This document shows positions 52,101-64,000 of a stretch of 64,000 bases of DNA, piece after piece. The stretch covers positions 40,796,001-40,860,000 of the forward strand of contig NC_086374.1 in the NCBI RefSeq assembly GCF_036588685.1, given 5' to 3'. The notes below the pieces were generated by a model. It saw only the letters and a program-made list of their open reading frames with translations, did no database searches and was not told the origin of the DNA. The DNA comes from Mytilus trossulus. Taxonomy: Eukaryota. A program made the translations under genes and the position numbers. Positions within the stretch are counted from its first letter, which is position 1; each line of letters starts with the position of its first letter.

Positions 52101-54162
52101 CCACCAGACTATCCAACATTTGTACAACCATTTGTTGTAGTTTGAGATTACCAGTTGCATATTGTTCTAAAACATTTACTTTGTCCTGAAGAACTAATGG
52201 TAAGGCTATCTAAGGAAAAAAAAAACATGCTTTACATAACAACAAAGAATACAATGTATATTTCTTGAAAGTACAAAGTTTAATGTCACTTTTTTGCATG
52301 ATCTACATTTGTACATTTTAATTTATTACCAAATGAAATACTATATAGATCTACAGATAGACATATCAATGGTAATACAATGATGCACACACAAAAAATA
52401 AATGACCCCATCCTTATAACTGTCTAATGTAAAATAATGTCAAGATACATGTACTTACCTCATCTATAGTAAAATGATCTTGAAGTCTCAATTTACCAGC
52501 AACAACAGCAGCCTGAAAAATAAAGGCATCTTCCTGGTCATCTAAACAAAAGTTAATAAAAGTATCAGATTTTATAATATCAAAGAAAACCTTCAGAGAT
52601 TTTTGCCACAATGTAACAGTTTATGGCCATGGGCTATCCAGAACTTAGACATGTTAAAGAACATATAATTTAACAGGAACAGTCAGCAATCTGTTAATTA
52701 ATATGCTTTGCATTGTTATTACAAAATAACTAATTTCTTAGTTTTTGTTTTGGAAGTAAAAAGTGATTGATGATGACTGGACTATGTATCATGAATACAA
52801 AAATGGTGAAAAGACAGGGGACACATCAGCGAAATCCAATGATCATTTTTATATATTATTATATGTAATCAAATAATAAAATTCATTTGGGTTTATAGTG
52901 TATTGTGGATTCAATTATTTTCACGGGTACCAATTTTCGTGGATTAAGGAAAACTTACATTTGTTAATATTTATTTCTTGGTTTTGCCAAAGTTTGCCCA
53001 CAGGCCAATAGAAAATTTGTCATTTGTTGAATTTTGTGGTTCAACTTTACCCACGAAATCCACAAAAATTGGTATCCAATGAATAATAATGAATCCACGG
53101 TATTCTCTTTCCATTAATCTATTTATAAATTACCTCATTATATTTCTTTTTCTCCAAGAAAGCTTTTATCTGTGGCAACATGTATTCATTTCCATGCTGA
53201 TTCAATTGAAATGCTGTGACTGCCATAGGAAAAAGTGATGTATTATATCGTGTACAAGCATCTAATGCTCTCAATTTGATGTCCTCTGTTAATAATTCTT
53301 TCTGATTTACAATATGGGTATTTTTTAACCATGCTAAAAACTCCTTCATGAAATAGTAGCACAGTGATGATGTTTTACCTGAGTTATGCTCACGACAGTT
53401 TTCTATAAAATAAATAACAAGTGCATATGGATGACTTGATCTTGAATAATATTCTCTAATTAAAGTTGAAGCCTGGGATTTGTCTGTTGGATTTTGATCA
53501 AACCATTTATTCTCTACATATTCCAATAATCTCTGCATTTCTGATCGAGATGGTTCATAGACAGACTTCATCTCAAATGTTTTTTTTAACCACTTTTCAG
53601 AAACCTTCGGATTATTTTGTTTAACTTCACTCAAATCAAATTCAGTGTTACTTCCAATAACCTTTTTGACACTACTTTGCTTCATTTTCTTAGGATTTTT
53701 GCTACCTACATTTCCTCTAGATAAAACAGGAAATTCTTCTGTATGAGTTTTAGATGGTTTATAATTGTCTGGTGATTCTGGTGTCCTTTTAGCAGATGTA
53801 TAAGTCATTGCATTTGATGCTACAGTGTGCTGTAAATTATTATCTACACTAACACTTGAACTTTTAAATTGACTGGAATGAGGCTGCACATGTCTCAAAT
53901 TAGAAGATGGAAGTCCATAACTCTGTACTAAGGGATGTGGACGCATTTGGTTTTGAAATGGCACTGTGTTATCACAATTCTTCTGAGTAAATGGATGTGG
54001 TTGTATCTCATCATGTAATTCTGATTTATCTGCCCTTGATGTTTTACCTACAGTTGACAGAGTAAGCTGTGGTTCTGAAGAACAGGCTCCTTTATTAACC
54101 TGGACATCTGCAGGTGAGGATAAAATAAACCCTCCATCTTCATCACTTGATTCATCATACAT
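34126..54162 (-). CDS. EXD3: Exonuclease mut-7 homolog (DEDDy 3'-5' exonuclease plus Mut7-C PIN/zinc-ribbon domain), about 1053 aa
   Basis: 17 in-phase coding exons: 54162-53134, 52512-52459, 52209-52070, 51801-51704, 49586-49513, 45540-45502, 45156-44999, 44594-44426, 43098-43037, 42720-42584, 41904-41795, 40850-40628, 40244-40063, 39349-39179, 35936-35883, 35218-35090, 34458-34126 (3162 nt). Motifs: IGIDAEWKP, ALIQLAT, KLGYGLDSD, GLSELV..CFGKALNKSEQMSDWERRPLRQPQIIYAALDA, VDSMLQGLGKQLRSCGVD, RCKVCN, CGTCGKVFWEGSH. Probable 5' UTR exons at 54968-54909 and one ending at 56362. Confidence 0.95.
36398..37308. mobile_element. PIF/Harbinger-type MITE nested in the HINE
   Basis: TIR of about 30 bp ggcc(t)n-aattagttggtttacgga; TTA target duplication at 36395-36397 and 37309-37311. 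Confidence 0.8.
36755..37075 (+). mobile_element. Degraded tRNA-derived SINE (Meta/MESC-like core) nested in the MITE
   Basis: B-box-like gggtttgaacc, core aaagacttaaaaattggtatctgctgcttcttcgccaagcac, (CCAT)n tail. Confidence 0.55.
45651..45803 (+). mobile_element. 153-bp non-autonomous Helitron
   Basis: 5'-TC start, 3' hairpin acccgcgatatcacgggt (45777-45794), CTAG end, inserted between A and T. Confidence 0.7.
46076..49542. repeat. 53-bp minisatellite, about 65 copies, derived from an EXD3 exon 3' end plus splice donor
   Basis: Unit tacctacatgaaag(c/g/t)atcatcctattacctctatatatctcctgtacaaaaga. Two 41-bp variants lie next to the exon. Confidence 0.97.
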
Positions 54163-56566
54163 TTTAGTAGCTGTCAAAAAAAAAGGAAGATGTACTGTGA
54201 CTTTAAAAGTTAGAATGATTGCATGGGCAGAAAAATACTATAGAACAAAAAATGATCTACAAATATACTTACTAGACTAGTGGACTCCTACAACTACTAT
54301 ACAATGTACATGCTACATGTATATGGAAGTCAATCCACTAGAAAATATTTGGTTAATGCCATGGTGGGTAATCTTGAATCAGATTGTTTTCAAAAGAATT
54401 AATAGCAGCAGAGAATGGCACCTTGCTCCATACTCAGACAGAATGCATAGGGTATTTTTATTTTTTTGAATGATGGAGGTCTGACTGAAAGGGTGGTGGT
54501 CATGAATTTGAGGGATTTTATAGAGTAAGGGAATTTTAATATTTAAAAGATGATGGTCTGCATGGGGGCCATCAAGCACAAACACCTTAGGCATGTTATG
54601 GAAAACACTGAAACACTGAAGCCAATCAACATATTTGGATATTCTTCCAATTCCCAATCCCATAAGTTTTCTAACATTTTGACTTGAGTTCTCATATTTT
54701 TTCATTTAATTGGATTACAATTTTGTCAATGTTGACAATCATTGCCAGGCCATTTGAGACAGTTAGGACAAAGATCACTTATCATACTTATGCATATGTT
54801 AACAATCATATGAATGGTACACATGGTACATGTAATAGTCATGATAGTATTATTAAGCTGAATTAAAAAAAAAATTGAACAAAAAAAACAAGAAACAAGT
54901 TCCCTTACCTTCAGACAATGACTGTCTTGTTGTAATAATTGTTAGCTTATTGCTCTCTGTATCATCAGCTGAAAACATAGATTTATAAATACTTTAACAA
55001 TGAAGTGATTCTATTCAAGAACATTAAAACAATGCTATTACTCAGTAAAACACAAAAAAATTAAACTACATTTCCTAGATATAAAGTCTATCTCACTATC
55101 TGCACACTGATGCAACTACAGACTAGAGTCAAAATACATAATTTACAAAATCTTCTCAAACCTCATCATTTATTTATTTATAAAAATGGTGCTTCTCTAA
55201 ATAAGTAGTCCTTAAAATATTCTAAACAACCAATGAAATTATCGTTACATGTATATCAAAATAGTCATTTAATGTACATTGTACTAAACTTTCTTACCAA
55301 ATTGCTGTTACAACATCAATTCTCTTCAACTATTGTTTTCTAGATTCATTGCACATGTTGCAATGCTTAATAAACATGGTATAATTATAATTGGGAAGCA
55401 AATGAAACTTTTCCACAGAGTCAATTCCTGCTGTCCAATCTGTTTAAACTTTTGTCTGTTCTTTAAATTACATAGATTTCTATTTACTTAAACTAAAGTT
55501 ATTGTATGGAAACAAAATGACTAAATGTCTTTGAACGCCGCTGAAGCCACCAGCAGTCGTAGAATAAAAACTGCAAAATTTTCTTAAATTTACCAATTCT
55601 GAGGCAGCAACCTATCAACAGTTTATCTGATGTGTCTGAACATTTCAGGGCAGATAGATTTTCACCTGATGAAAATTTTTATAACATGTCAGATTTGCTC
55701 TAAATGCTTTAGTTTTAGAGCTACATGTATAAGCAATGATAAGCCAAAAGCTGCATTATACCCCTGTGTTCTATTTTTAATAGCCATGCATCTATCTAAG
55801 TTGATGGATGGGGTCATGGGATACATTTTATTAACTAAGGATAAAATGTATACTTCAATACATTATTTTATATTAATGTAGCTTTGTGGAACAAGCAAAG
55901 CTTTTTTTTATTTTCTGTCTTTTCTCGAATGATTTAAGTTCATACAGTATGCCAGTACATATAACTGACCCAGGTTCTCTGCTGAATTGAGGTTTATGAA
56001 ATGTGCTGATCTTCTTTACACCATTTCTATCTGTTTGATGTGATTGAACGTTCAGTCTAACAATGATATGCTCTTTTTTAATTTCTTCATTAATTCAACT
56101 AGAATTTGAATAAAAAAATGGGTGCAAACGTGAAGGGGGCAATCAGAAATATGGGGAGAACATGTGAGCATCAAAAGTGTCCTAGGTGTGAACAGACCAG
56201 GTACTAAAACAAAAACGTTATGATTCTGGTTCAGTAATGAGTTGGTGAAGAATTTTCAGTTGTTGTTCACCCTAAGACTAAGTATATGAATCATCATTCA
56301 AACACAGAAGGTGTTAGCTTACAGTTTAAAAACACAAATAAAGACTGAAGATTACATGTACCTATTTTTTCTAAATCCAAGAAACGGCAAAATTTCTCTT
56401 GAGTTTTGGCGTCAAACTGAACGCTTTTGACGTTAGTTTTCTTGTGAAAGATACTTGAGACAAAATCTTTAACAATAACCCATATAATTTGTACAAATAT
56501 TATCATTTCATGTACAAATAACAAGTTCTACCCTCTCTTGCGATTTTTTTTGGTTTGAAGTTATAA

Positions 56567-56574
56567 CCGGAAGT
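56567..56574. promoter_or_regulatory. ETS-type CCGGAAGT motif near the inferred EXD3 transcription start
   Basis: Exact consensus about 200 bp upstream of the putative first-exon donor at 56362. Confidence 0.35.
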
Positions 56575-56817
56575 TGTGATTCATACATAAAAATGTAATC
56601 AATGACGGACCATACAAGAGATTTTATGCCGGAATAAAATAGTTTATGCCGGTTTACTATGATCATAGCACAATGTCAATGAGGTCTTCTTCTTTCAGTT
56701 TCTAGAGATAAATGGCAACATAAAATTTTACAAAATAACACATTACGTAATACATCACAAAATTAATTTTTAAAAAACATGAATCTATGTACTTTTAATG
56801 TTAAAACGAATGAAATG

Positions 56818-57108
56818 CTGGCCAAAAGTATTCGTCACCTGTATTTTTTGCTATCATTTCATATAAAACACATTTTTTTCAAAAATATATTTTGGGCTCA
56901 TTTTTGGTTTGAGTTTAAGCAACTTGGTACCAATAAAAGCAGAATTGTCACAGGTTTATTTGTTTACTTTAGACATTTCTACGTCTTTAAATGCCTTAAT
57001 TGTTGATAAAAATCCAACCATAAATGCCCTCAAAATATTTTTTTGAAAAAATGTGTTTTTGTTAGAAATAATAGCAAAAAAATGCAGGTGACGAATACTT
57101 TTGGCCAG
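56818..57108. mobile_element. Tc1/mariner-like foldback MITE
   Basis: ctggccaaaagtattcgtcacctg ... caggtgacgaatacttttggccag; imperfect inverted arms extend about 80 bp. Confidence 0.75.
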
Positions 57109-57321
57109 GTACGTAATTAAAATGATGTTGCAAATTTATTTGCTGTAATTTATTTAAAGCCTTTTTCTGTAATAATTATGGAATGTATGCTAGATTCACT
57201 TACTGGAAATGATCAGATTTGATCGAAGGTTTAATTTTTCTCCTGGATAAGATATATAAGCTGGGCCGACTAGTATAATACTGAGTCCCAGATATATGAC
57301 ATAAATGGCATAAATATTTGT

Positions 57322-57441
57322 ATTCCTATTGGCATTAATTGTGGACCTTTGATAGCAGATTTATTCCTGGAAACATATTACTCCCAACTAGTAATGACCA
57401 CACTCAGTAAAGACTCGTCTTTGTTACTTTTGGTTCAGTGA
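57322..57441 (+). pseudogene. Penelope-like reverse transcriptase remnant
   Basis: Translates as IPIGINCGPLIADLFLETYYSQL...LSKDSS, resembling the PLE motif GIPMGTNCAPLIADLFL. Confidence 0.6.
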
Positions 57442-60400
57442 CACATTCAATCAACAATAAAAAATAAAAAATCTATAGTGAAATGTTCATGACAAACGAG
57501 TATATTTCTGTTTAAAAAACTTCTTGTAAAATGAGTCGCTGCGACAAAAAAAAAAATTAGTTATAGTAGAATGTTATATAGATATATGCTGTTTTTTGGT
57601 ACAGATCGTTTCGGATTTTCTATCTGCTGCTCAAACACTGAAAGCACATATTAAATCATATAGTAAATTAAATGATTTTTCCCTGCATATTACTATTAGT
57701 TCACAGGTGTTAACATTTTGAAATCTAGTAGAATTTCCTTAAATAAAAAGCCTCTGGATTATTCTTTCCTTTTGGGAATTTTATAAGACACGGGAAACTG
57801 AACTGACGATGTTTTAAAGGAAGATCGCATTCTCTCACAGTTAAAAACGTGAATAAAACGTTTAAGTTATACAATACAGCTGTAAATCTATATAACATTC
57901 TACTATAACTAATTAATCCGCAACTGGAATTTTACTTGAAAGACGCGCACAAGAAAAAATTGTAATGTTCAGCGGTACACCCTTATTTAAAAAATGACGT
58001 TATAGCAAAGTTGTCCAATTGCATAATTTACCAAGCACAAGCTCATCTATATTATTGATTTCTTTGGTTTATTTTCTTCCAAATGATATTCAGAACATTG
58101 CCGGGTATTTATTGTATAGGAAAAGAGCTTGAATTTGAATATCTATTGCATATTTCAAGAGCCTCGGATTTCCACGTTTCCAAGCCTCATCCTTGTATCC
58201 TTGTATCGTTGATGTGCCAGTTAATACACTGATTTTGTCTCACTATCAATGTGCTCATGCATGTTCAGAAAAACTGAAATTGCTTCAAACTATTTATTTA
58301 GCATACACGAGACTGAAAAAATCACAAGGAAGAACGGACAGATAAAGGAGAAGGATGTTTTATTCACATTAAAAGCTCAGTAAACATTTAACATGACAAT
58401 GAAAAAAAAATGAGATTTCGAAATAATAGTCAATAAAATCAAGGAATATATAACGTTCTTTCGTTAGTATGCACCTTAAGATTATGTACAAAATAAGTGT
58501 TTCTAATAAAAATAGAATTATATATATATATGTTACAGGCATTTTCTAAATTTACGCATTTTGTAAAATGCCTGAAAACTGTAGGCATTTTCTAAAATGC
58601 CTGCAAGATTCAGTTATTATACATAATGACTAGTATTTCTGTAAAAAGCCTTAAAAAATTGAAAGTTATTTTACAAAATGCCTGAAATTAATTTATAGAA
58701 TGAAATGTAAAAAAAAACAACAATTGAATGCATTGAACAACGGAGCAGTTCAATTTATAATAATTACTGATATAAAAAGAAGAGTTTTGGAGATTAAATT
58801 TTACTGAACTATTCCAAATTAACACAAGCACAGATCTCAACAATTATTTCTAATTTCTCAAAATATTTGGATGACAGAACTGATCACAATATTTGTCTTG
58901 ATTTTTTGCAAATAGAGATTGACGCAAAAATCTTCGACCACCTTTTGAGAAACCTGGATTATTTGTTATTGAGCACATATATTCATTACCATTTCTGATA
59001 AAACACTTAACATTCAACAACATTGAGTTTTGCAATGAGCACAAGTTCGTACAAGATTCAAATTATAAAAAAAAGCGGGAGATGTGGTATGATTGCCAAT
59101 GAGACAACTCTCAACAAGAGACCAAATAGACACAGAAGTTAACAACTGTAGGTCACCGTACGGCCTTCGACAATGAAAAAATCCATACCGCATAGTCCGC
59201 TAGAAAACGCCCCGAAATGACAATGTAAAACAATTCAGACGAGAAAACTAACGGCCTTATATATGTATCAAGTACATTAGCATGATTAGTTTTACTTGTA
59301 TCTTTTGGCTAATAGCTTTTAACGGACTGAACTCAGTGAATCAAATCTGCCATGCATAATGGGGGATGCATCTTTAACTGGAGTTTACTTGAGGCAATGA
59401 ATATGAAGATACTCATATATTGGCATCCCAACCATAAACCGCTTTGTATCGCATAACCCATGTTATAGATTGGCAAGTAGAAGTCGTTATTTATGTCCTT
59501 TATCCAGAAAAATCTACTGCAGAAAATAACCATATAAATTAATAACCAAACCATTCTCATCTTAAAAATGCATAAAATATTTGCTACTAAAAAGAAAACA
59601 ATCAGTCATTCATAAGAAAACCTTTTTTCTCTCTGTTACATGTTTCACTTCATTGTTTTGACAAGTGTGGACTTTCTGAAAAATCGTTTGGAAAGCTCGT
59701 TCTATTGAATGAACAATTTGTCCTCCTGTCATGTTGACCCAATAATCATAAATAAACTATCTGAAATACAGAGTGAGTACATACTTAACATGCATGTAGT
59801 TTCACTAAAAAGAAGTACATCATATGACATAGCCTATCGAACCATTAGTTATTTTCTTTGCCAGAAATAATTTATTATTTCTTCACTTTTGTCATATACA
59901 TCTCAATGATATTATTCTTCTACAAATTGCCTGAAACTGAACAGACAATGTGGAATTTTGTTTCAAAATTTCAGTCATTTTACAAAATAAGTAATTCGTC
60001 TAAAATAGTAATTCGTCTAAAATAGATAAGTTAATCGCAGCTCAACAATGTTAAATTTGTAAATTTGCGGAAGGAAATTTTTGTTCTTCCCTGACCGGGA
60101 ATTCGAACTCATGCTACTGAAATATCGTGGCACCACATCGCCTTGTTTTCAGACTTCCATCACCATCACTGGTGATCCAATGGATAAAATATATCGTAGA
60201 GTTGTCACTGGTTCAGACGTCCTTGGAGAACATTGACAACCACTTTATTTGGAAACAACAAGTTCACTAAAACACACGATCTGATGTAAAAGTACATCTA
60301 TCTACCTTTCATAATATTTTTTTTCTGTAGCTATGTGTTAGTTTATGAGAATAAAATCATTCTTACATTCATATAACTACAATTGCTAATAGTCAATTAT

Positions 60401-60691
60401 ATACATCTGATTGAGAAAGTTGTGAACCAACTGAGACAGGTGCCCCGTTACATAATATAGGAATAATAATAAAAAATAAAATACATTAGGGTTCTAACAA
60501 AACATAGTGTGATTTTATGTTTATCTGCGTACCTCATTAGTCCATAATATTTGTTGTATTTTACTCTTAAGAACTAACAAGACAATCAATTATACTACTT
60601 TCAATAGTGTTCTGAAGGTCGTTCAGATAAAATATAAAGTAATGTTAATTGGGAAATAATTCAGTATATCGGAAGCACTTTGACAGACTAT

Positions 60692-62388
60692 ATGACAAGA
60701 AACCTTATCACTAACTCTACAATGATTCCACAGGATAATCTGAACAATACTGAAGTAAATGATGATTTATTGAATGCAGTTTTCCTTTTTCCGAACAGCA
60801 CAAATCAGACGTGTCTACAACTGACACCACCTCATTCTTCTGTACAATATTTGGTTACATCATTGCTTGGTACCAGTATTTTTGTTTGTACAACTGTTCT
60901 CGTTTCCAGTGTTGTACTCAACAAAGATAGAAAGTTTCTAAATTGGAGATTCATTGACCGAGTCAGTTTGTATACAGCAGCATGTAACTTGTTTTTCTAT
61001 TTAACACAAGCTCCGTTACTACTGTTGCCCCCGCCTTCTAATGGTACAGAGGGTCTAGATGGAGCCGGGGATTCCATGATATTTGTTTCCACATTTACAA
61101 TACTGTTCATGGAGTTTGCGTTTGCCGAGATATTAATGAGTATATTCATTGCCATCTGCGTTTTATATTTGATATTCCAGAATTATTCCATTAAATTTGG
61201 TAGATACGATTGGAAACTACATTTACCTGTCCTTGGTATACCATTACTCATATTGGCTGTCTGTGAAACTATCAGCTTAACTAAAGAAAAAGTTAGCGAG
61301 TAAGTACCAAGTTAAAAATAAATTATTACATGTTGTGTTATCACTTACTTACATATAATATGACAGTTTTAACGGTGCCCAACGATCGGATGACCCTTCA
61401 ACCGAATACGACCGTTTTACCTTGTAAGAACTCACAGGGTCAAAATAGGAATGTTGATTTACCTATTTAGATTTTTATATTTAGAAGAAAAAAAATCTTT
61501 ATAATGCATCAAAAACTTTTTTTTAACATAGTTTAAAAATGAGAATTTTATCCAGCGCTCTACATTATTGATCAAGACATTTTTTTGTAAAAATTTTAAT
61601 GAATTTTAAAAGGATATTTTTTTGTAATCTATAAAACAGTGCATCACTTCAGTTTCAACCAAAGCTTTTGCAATTAATCCCCTTTTTAAATGGTTGTTGT
61701 TTTCATAAATATTCTAAATCAAAACTGTCTTATAAAAATGCATTTTGAACAATCTATAATAAGTAACTTTTTCTTATTGGAAGCAGTGTGAAATACATTA
61801 AAGGAAAATGGTCGTACCTCTTTATGATTTTTTTAAAGAAGAACATAACCTATAATATAAATAATGTTTACTATAATGCGTAGTAACAGATCCTGACTTT
61901 ATAAGGGTTGTAGACGTCATCAACCTTTTGCCTCTACATCACTTTTCGATAATCAGATTACGTCGTATATAATATCGAGTTATCTAGTGATATATATATA
62001 GTTAAGCTTTTAATTAAAACTTGGTTTATTTTCTTTCAGCTGCGTCGTTCATGAAATATTGGAATTTACAGTATACTTCTTTGTCATATGGATCGCATTC
62101 TTTTTTATCACAACGATATACATAGTAACATGGTTCCATGTGGCCAGAACGAGCAGCAGTATCAGATCGACGTTACATGGTCAATCCACCGTCAAGTCTA
62201 ATCGCCTTGCTCTCAAGTTGTCCATGTATGTTTTTGAATTTATAATTCAATTTGGTGGGAACGCAACTGTAGGAATTTGGCGATTATTTGCCGATCCTCC
62301 ACCAATAATCGATAACATCACACTGATCTTTGTAGTGTCAGGGGGTATGCTGAACGGGATGATATATCTCTTGATAAAGAAAATGTAA
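60692..62388 (+). CDS. Divergent seven-transmembrane (GPCR-like) receptor, 318 aa
   Basis: Exons 60692-61299 and 62040-62388 join in phase (GA|C). N-terminal NxS/T sequons, seven hydrophobic segments, KFGRYDWKL before TM4, GGMLNGMIY in TM7 (resembles cAMP-receptor-like GPCRs). Confidence 0.8.
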
Positions 62389-63051
62389 ACTAGAATGTGG
62401 TGACCGTCCATGGATACCTATAGTTATGATCTCTTGTTTATACTTTGTGTATTATTACTATTAAGTATGAAAAAAAATAAAATTATCAAATAATACACAG
62501 AATCATAAGTGCTTGAACTTATAATCCAATGCGACAACATTTAGAACGGGAGAAAGCTACAGATATTTTAAAGCATATATAGTAGAAAATATCCAAGGAC
62601 CAGCGCTTCGATCGGTTATTGACATAATTTTTGCATAGCCTATGCAGGCCCTAATAAAGCATACCCGTATGAAGGACAAGAGGGAGAAGAAATTTTACCT
62701 TACATGCTATACTCTCATGAGTCTGTACTTTGAATCCTCAATTGGTCCGGACCGCTGATCTATTTCAGTACAACAAGTGTTTCGGATGGATTGCACATAC
62801 ATTTCGATAAGCAAAAATACAGAAAAACATCAACAAAAAGATATGTCGTGATTCCCATTCAAGGTAGCAGAATGAATATTAGATCACAATTATGTAAAAT
62901 ACATCCAATAAGAAAAATCTCAGAAAATGCGTGCCTTCACATCCAATGAGCTTATGAAATTTATATTAAAAAAATAATACATAGAAATCAAAAATACAGA
63001 ATTCCTTGCATTAAATAATGTCACATTCTTTTGATATTCTTTAGAAATACA

Positions 63052-64000
63052 TAATAATAATCTCAAACAAGTTGCTGACATTAAACAATAATAATCTCAA
63101 ACCAGTAACTGACATTAAACAATAATAATCTCAAACTAGTAACTGACATCAAACAATAATAATCTCAAACCAGTAACTGACATCAAACAATAATAATCTC
63201 AAACAAGTTACTGACATCAAACAATAATAAACTCGAACAAGTAACTGACATCAAACAATAATAAACTCGAACAAGTAACTGACATCAAACAATAATAAAC
63301 TCGAACAAGTAACTGACATCAAACATTAATAATATCACACCGGTAACTGACATCAAACAATAATAATCTCGAACAAGTATAACTGATATCAAACAATAAT
63401 AATCTCACACCGGTAACTGACATCAAACAATAATAATCTCACACCGGTAACTGACATCAAACAATAATAATCACAAACCAGTAACTGACATCAAACAATA
63501 ATAATCTCAAACAAGTAACTGACATCAAACAATAATAAACTCGAACAAGTAACTGACATCAAACAATAATAAACTCGAACAAGTAACTGACATCAAACAT
63601 TAATAATATCACACCGGTAACTGACATCAAACAATAATAATCTCGAACAAGTATAACTGATATCAAACAATAATAATCTCACACCGGTAACTGACATCAA
63701 ACAATAATAATCTCACACCGGTAACTGACATCAAACAATAATAATCACAAACCAGTAACTGACATCAAACAATAATAAACTCGAACAAGTAACTGACATC
63801 AAACATTAATAATCTCACACCGGTAACTGACATCAAACAATAATAAACTCGAACAAGTAACTGACATCAAACAATAATAATCTCGAACAAGAATAACTGA
63901 TATCAAACAATAATAATCTAACACCGGTAACTGACACCAAACAAAAATAATCTCACACCGGTAACTGACATCAAACAATAATAATCTCACACCGGTAACT
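63052..64000. repeat. 34-bp tandem repeat, at least 28 copies, running off the window end
   Basis: aataataatctcacaccggtaactgacatcaaac and variants. Confidence 0.95.

Noticed and set aside
54379-54705. 108-aa ORF in an EXD3 5' intron and other short AT-rich ORFs
   Set aside because: No motifs, splice support or paralogy; expected by chance.
12977-56600. ASB, CaaX cluster and EXD3 as one functionally coupled system
   Set aside because: Adjacency in an animal genome is not evidence of shared function; synteny or co-expression data would be needed.
63052-64000. CRISPR array or coding repeat (ORF 63799..63990)
   Set aside because: No spacers; the ORF is a by-product of the repeat.

Overview
AT-rich eukaryotic (animal) genomic DNA with spliced genes. 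The interspersed repeats look like those of a bivalve, probably a Mytilus mussel (inferred from recognition, not a search). Gene content, left to right: (1) a multi-exon minus-strand gene almost invisible in the ORF track, encoding a PLOD/lysyl-hydroxylase-type glycosyltransferase domain with altered catalytic residues and a young 5'-truncated CR1/L2-type LINE in one intron; (2) an ankyrin-repeat/SOCS-box (ASB-like) gene, 521 aa; (3) a tandem cluster of an unrecognised family with intronless CDSs: two intact paralogs ending in Cys-rich CaaL prenylation motifs and one TE-disrupted pseudogene; (4) EXD3/mut-7, 17 coding exons, about 1053 aa, with a 3.5-kb minisatellite built from about 65 copies of its own exon end plus splice donor; (5) a divergent two-exon 7TM receptor. 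MITEs, Helentron-like elements, a mini-Helitron, SINE-like elements, Penelope remnants (including a hammerhead ribozyme relic) and tandem arrays fill the rest. All exon models were built by hand from GT/AG signals and phase consistency, with no database or expression support.
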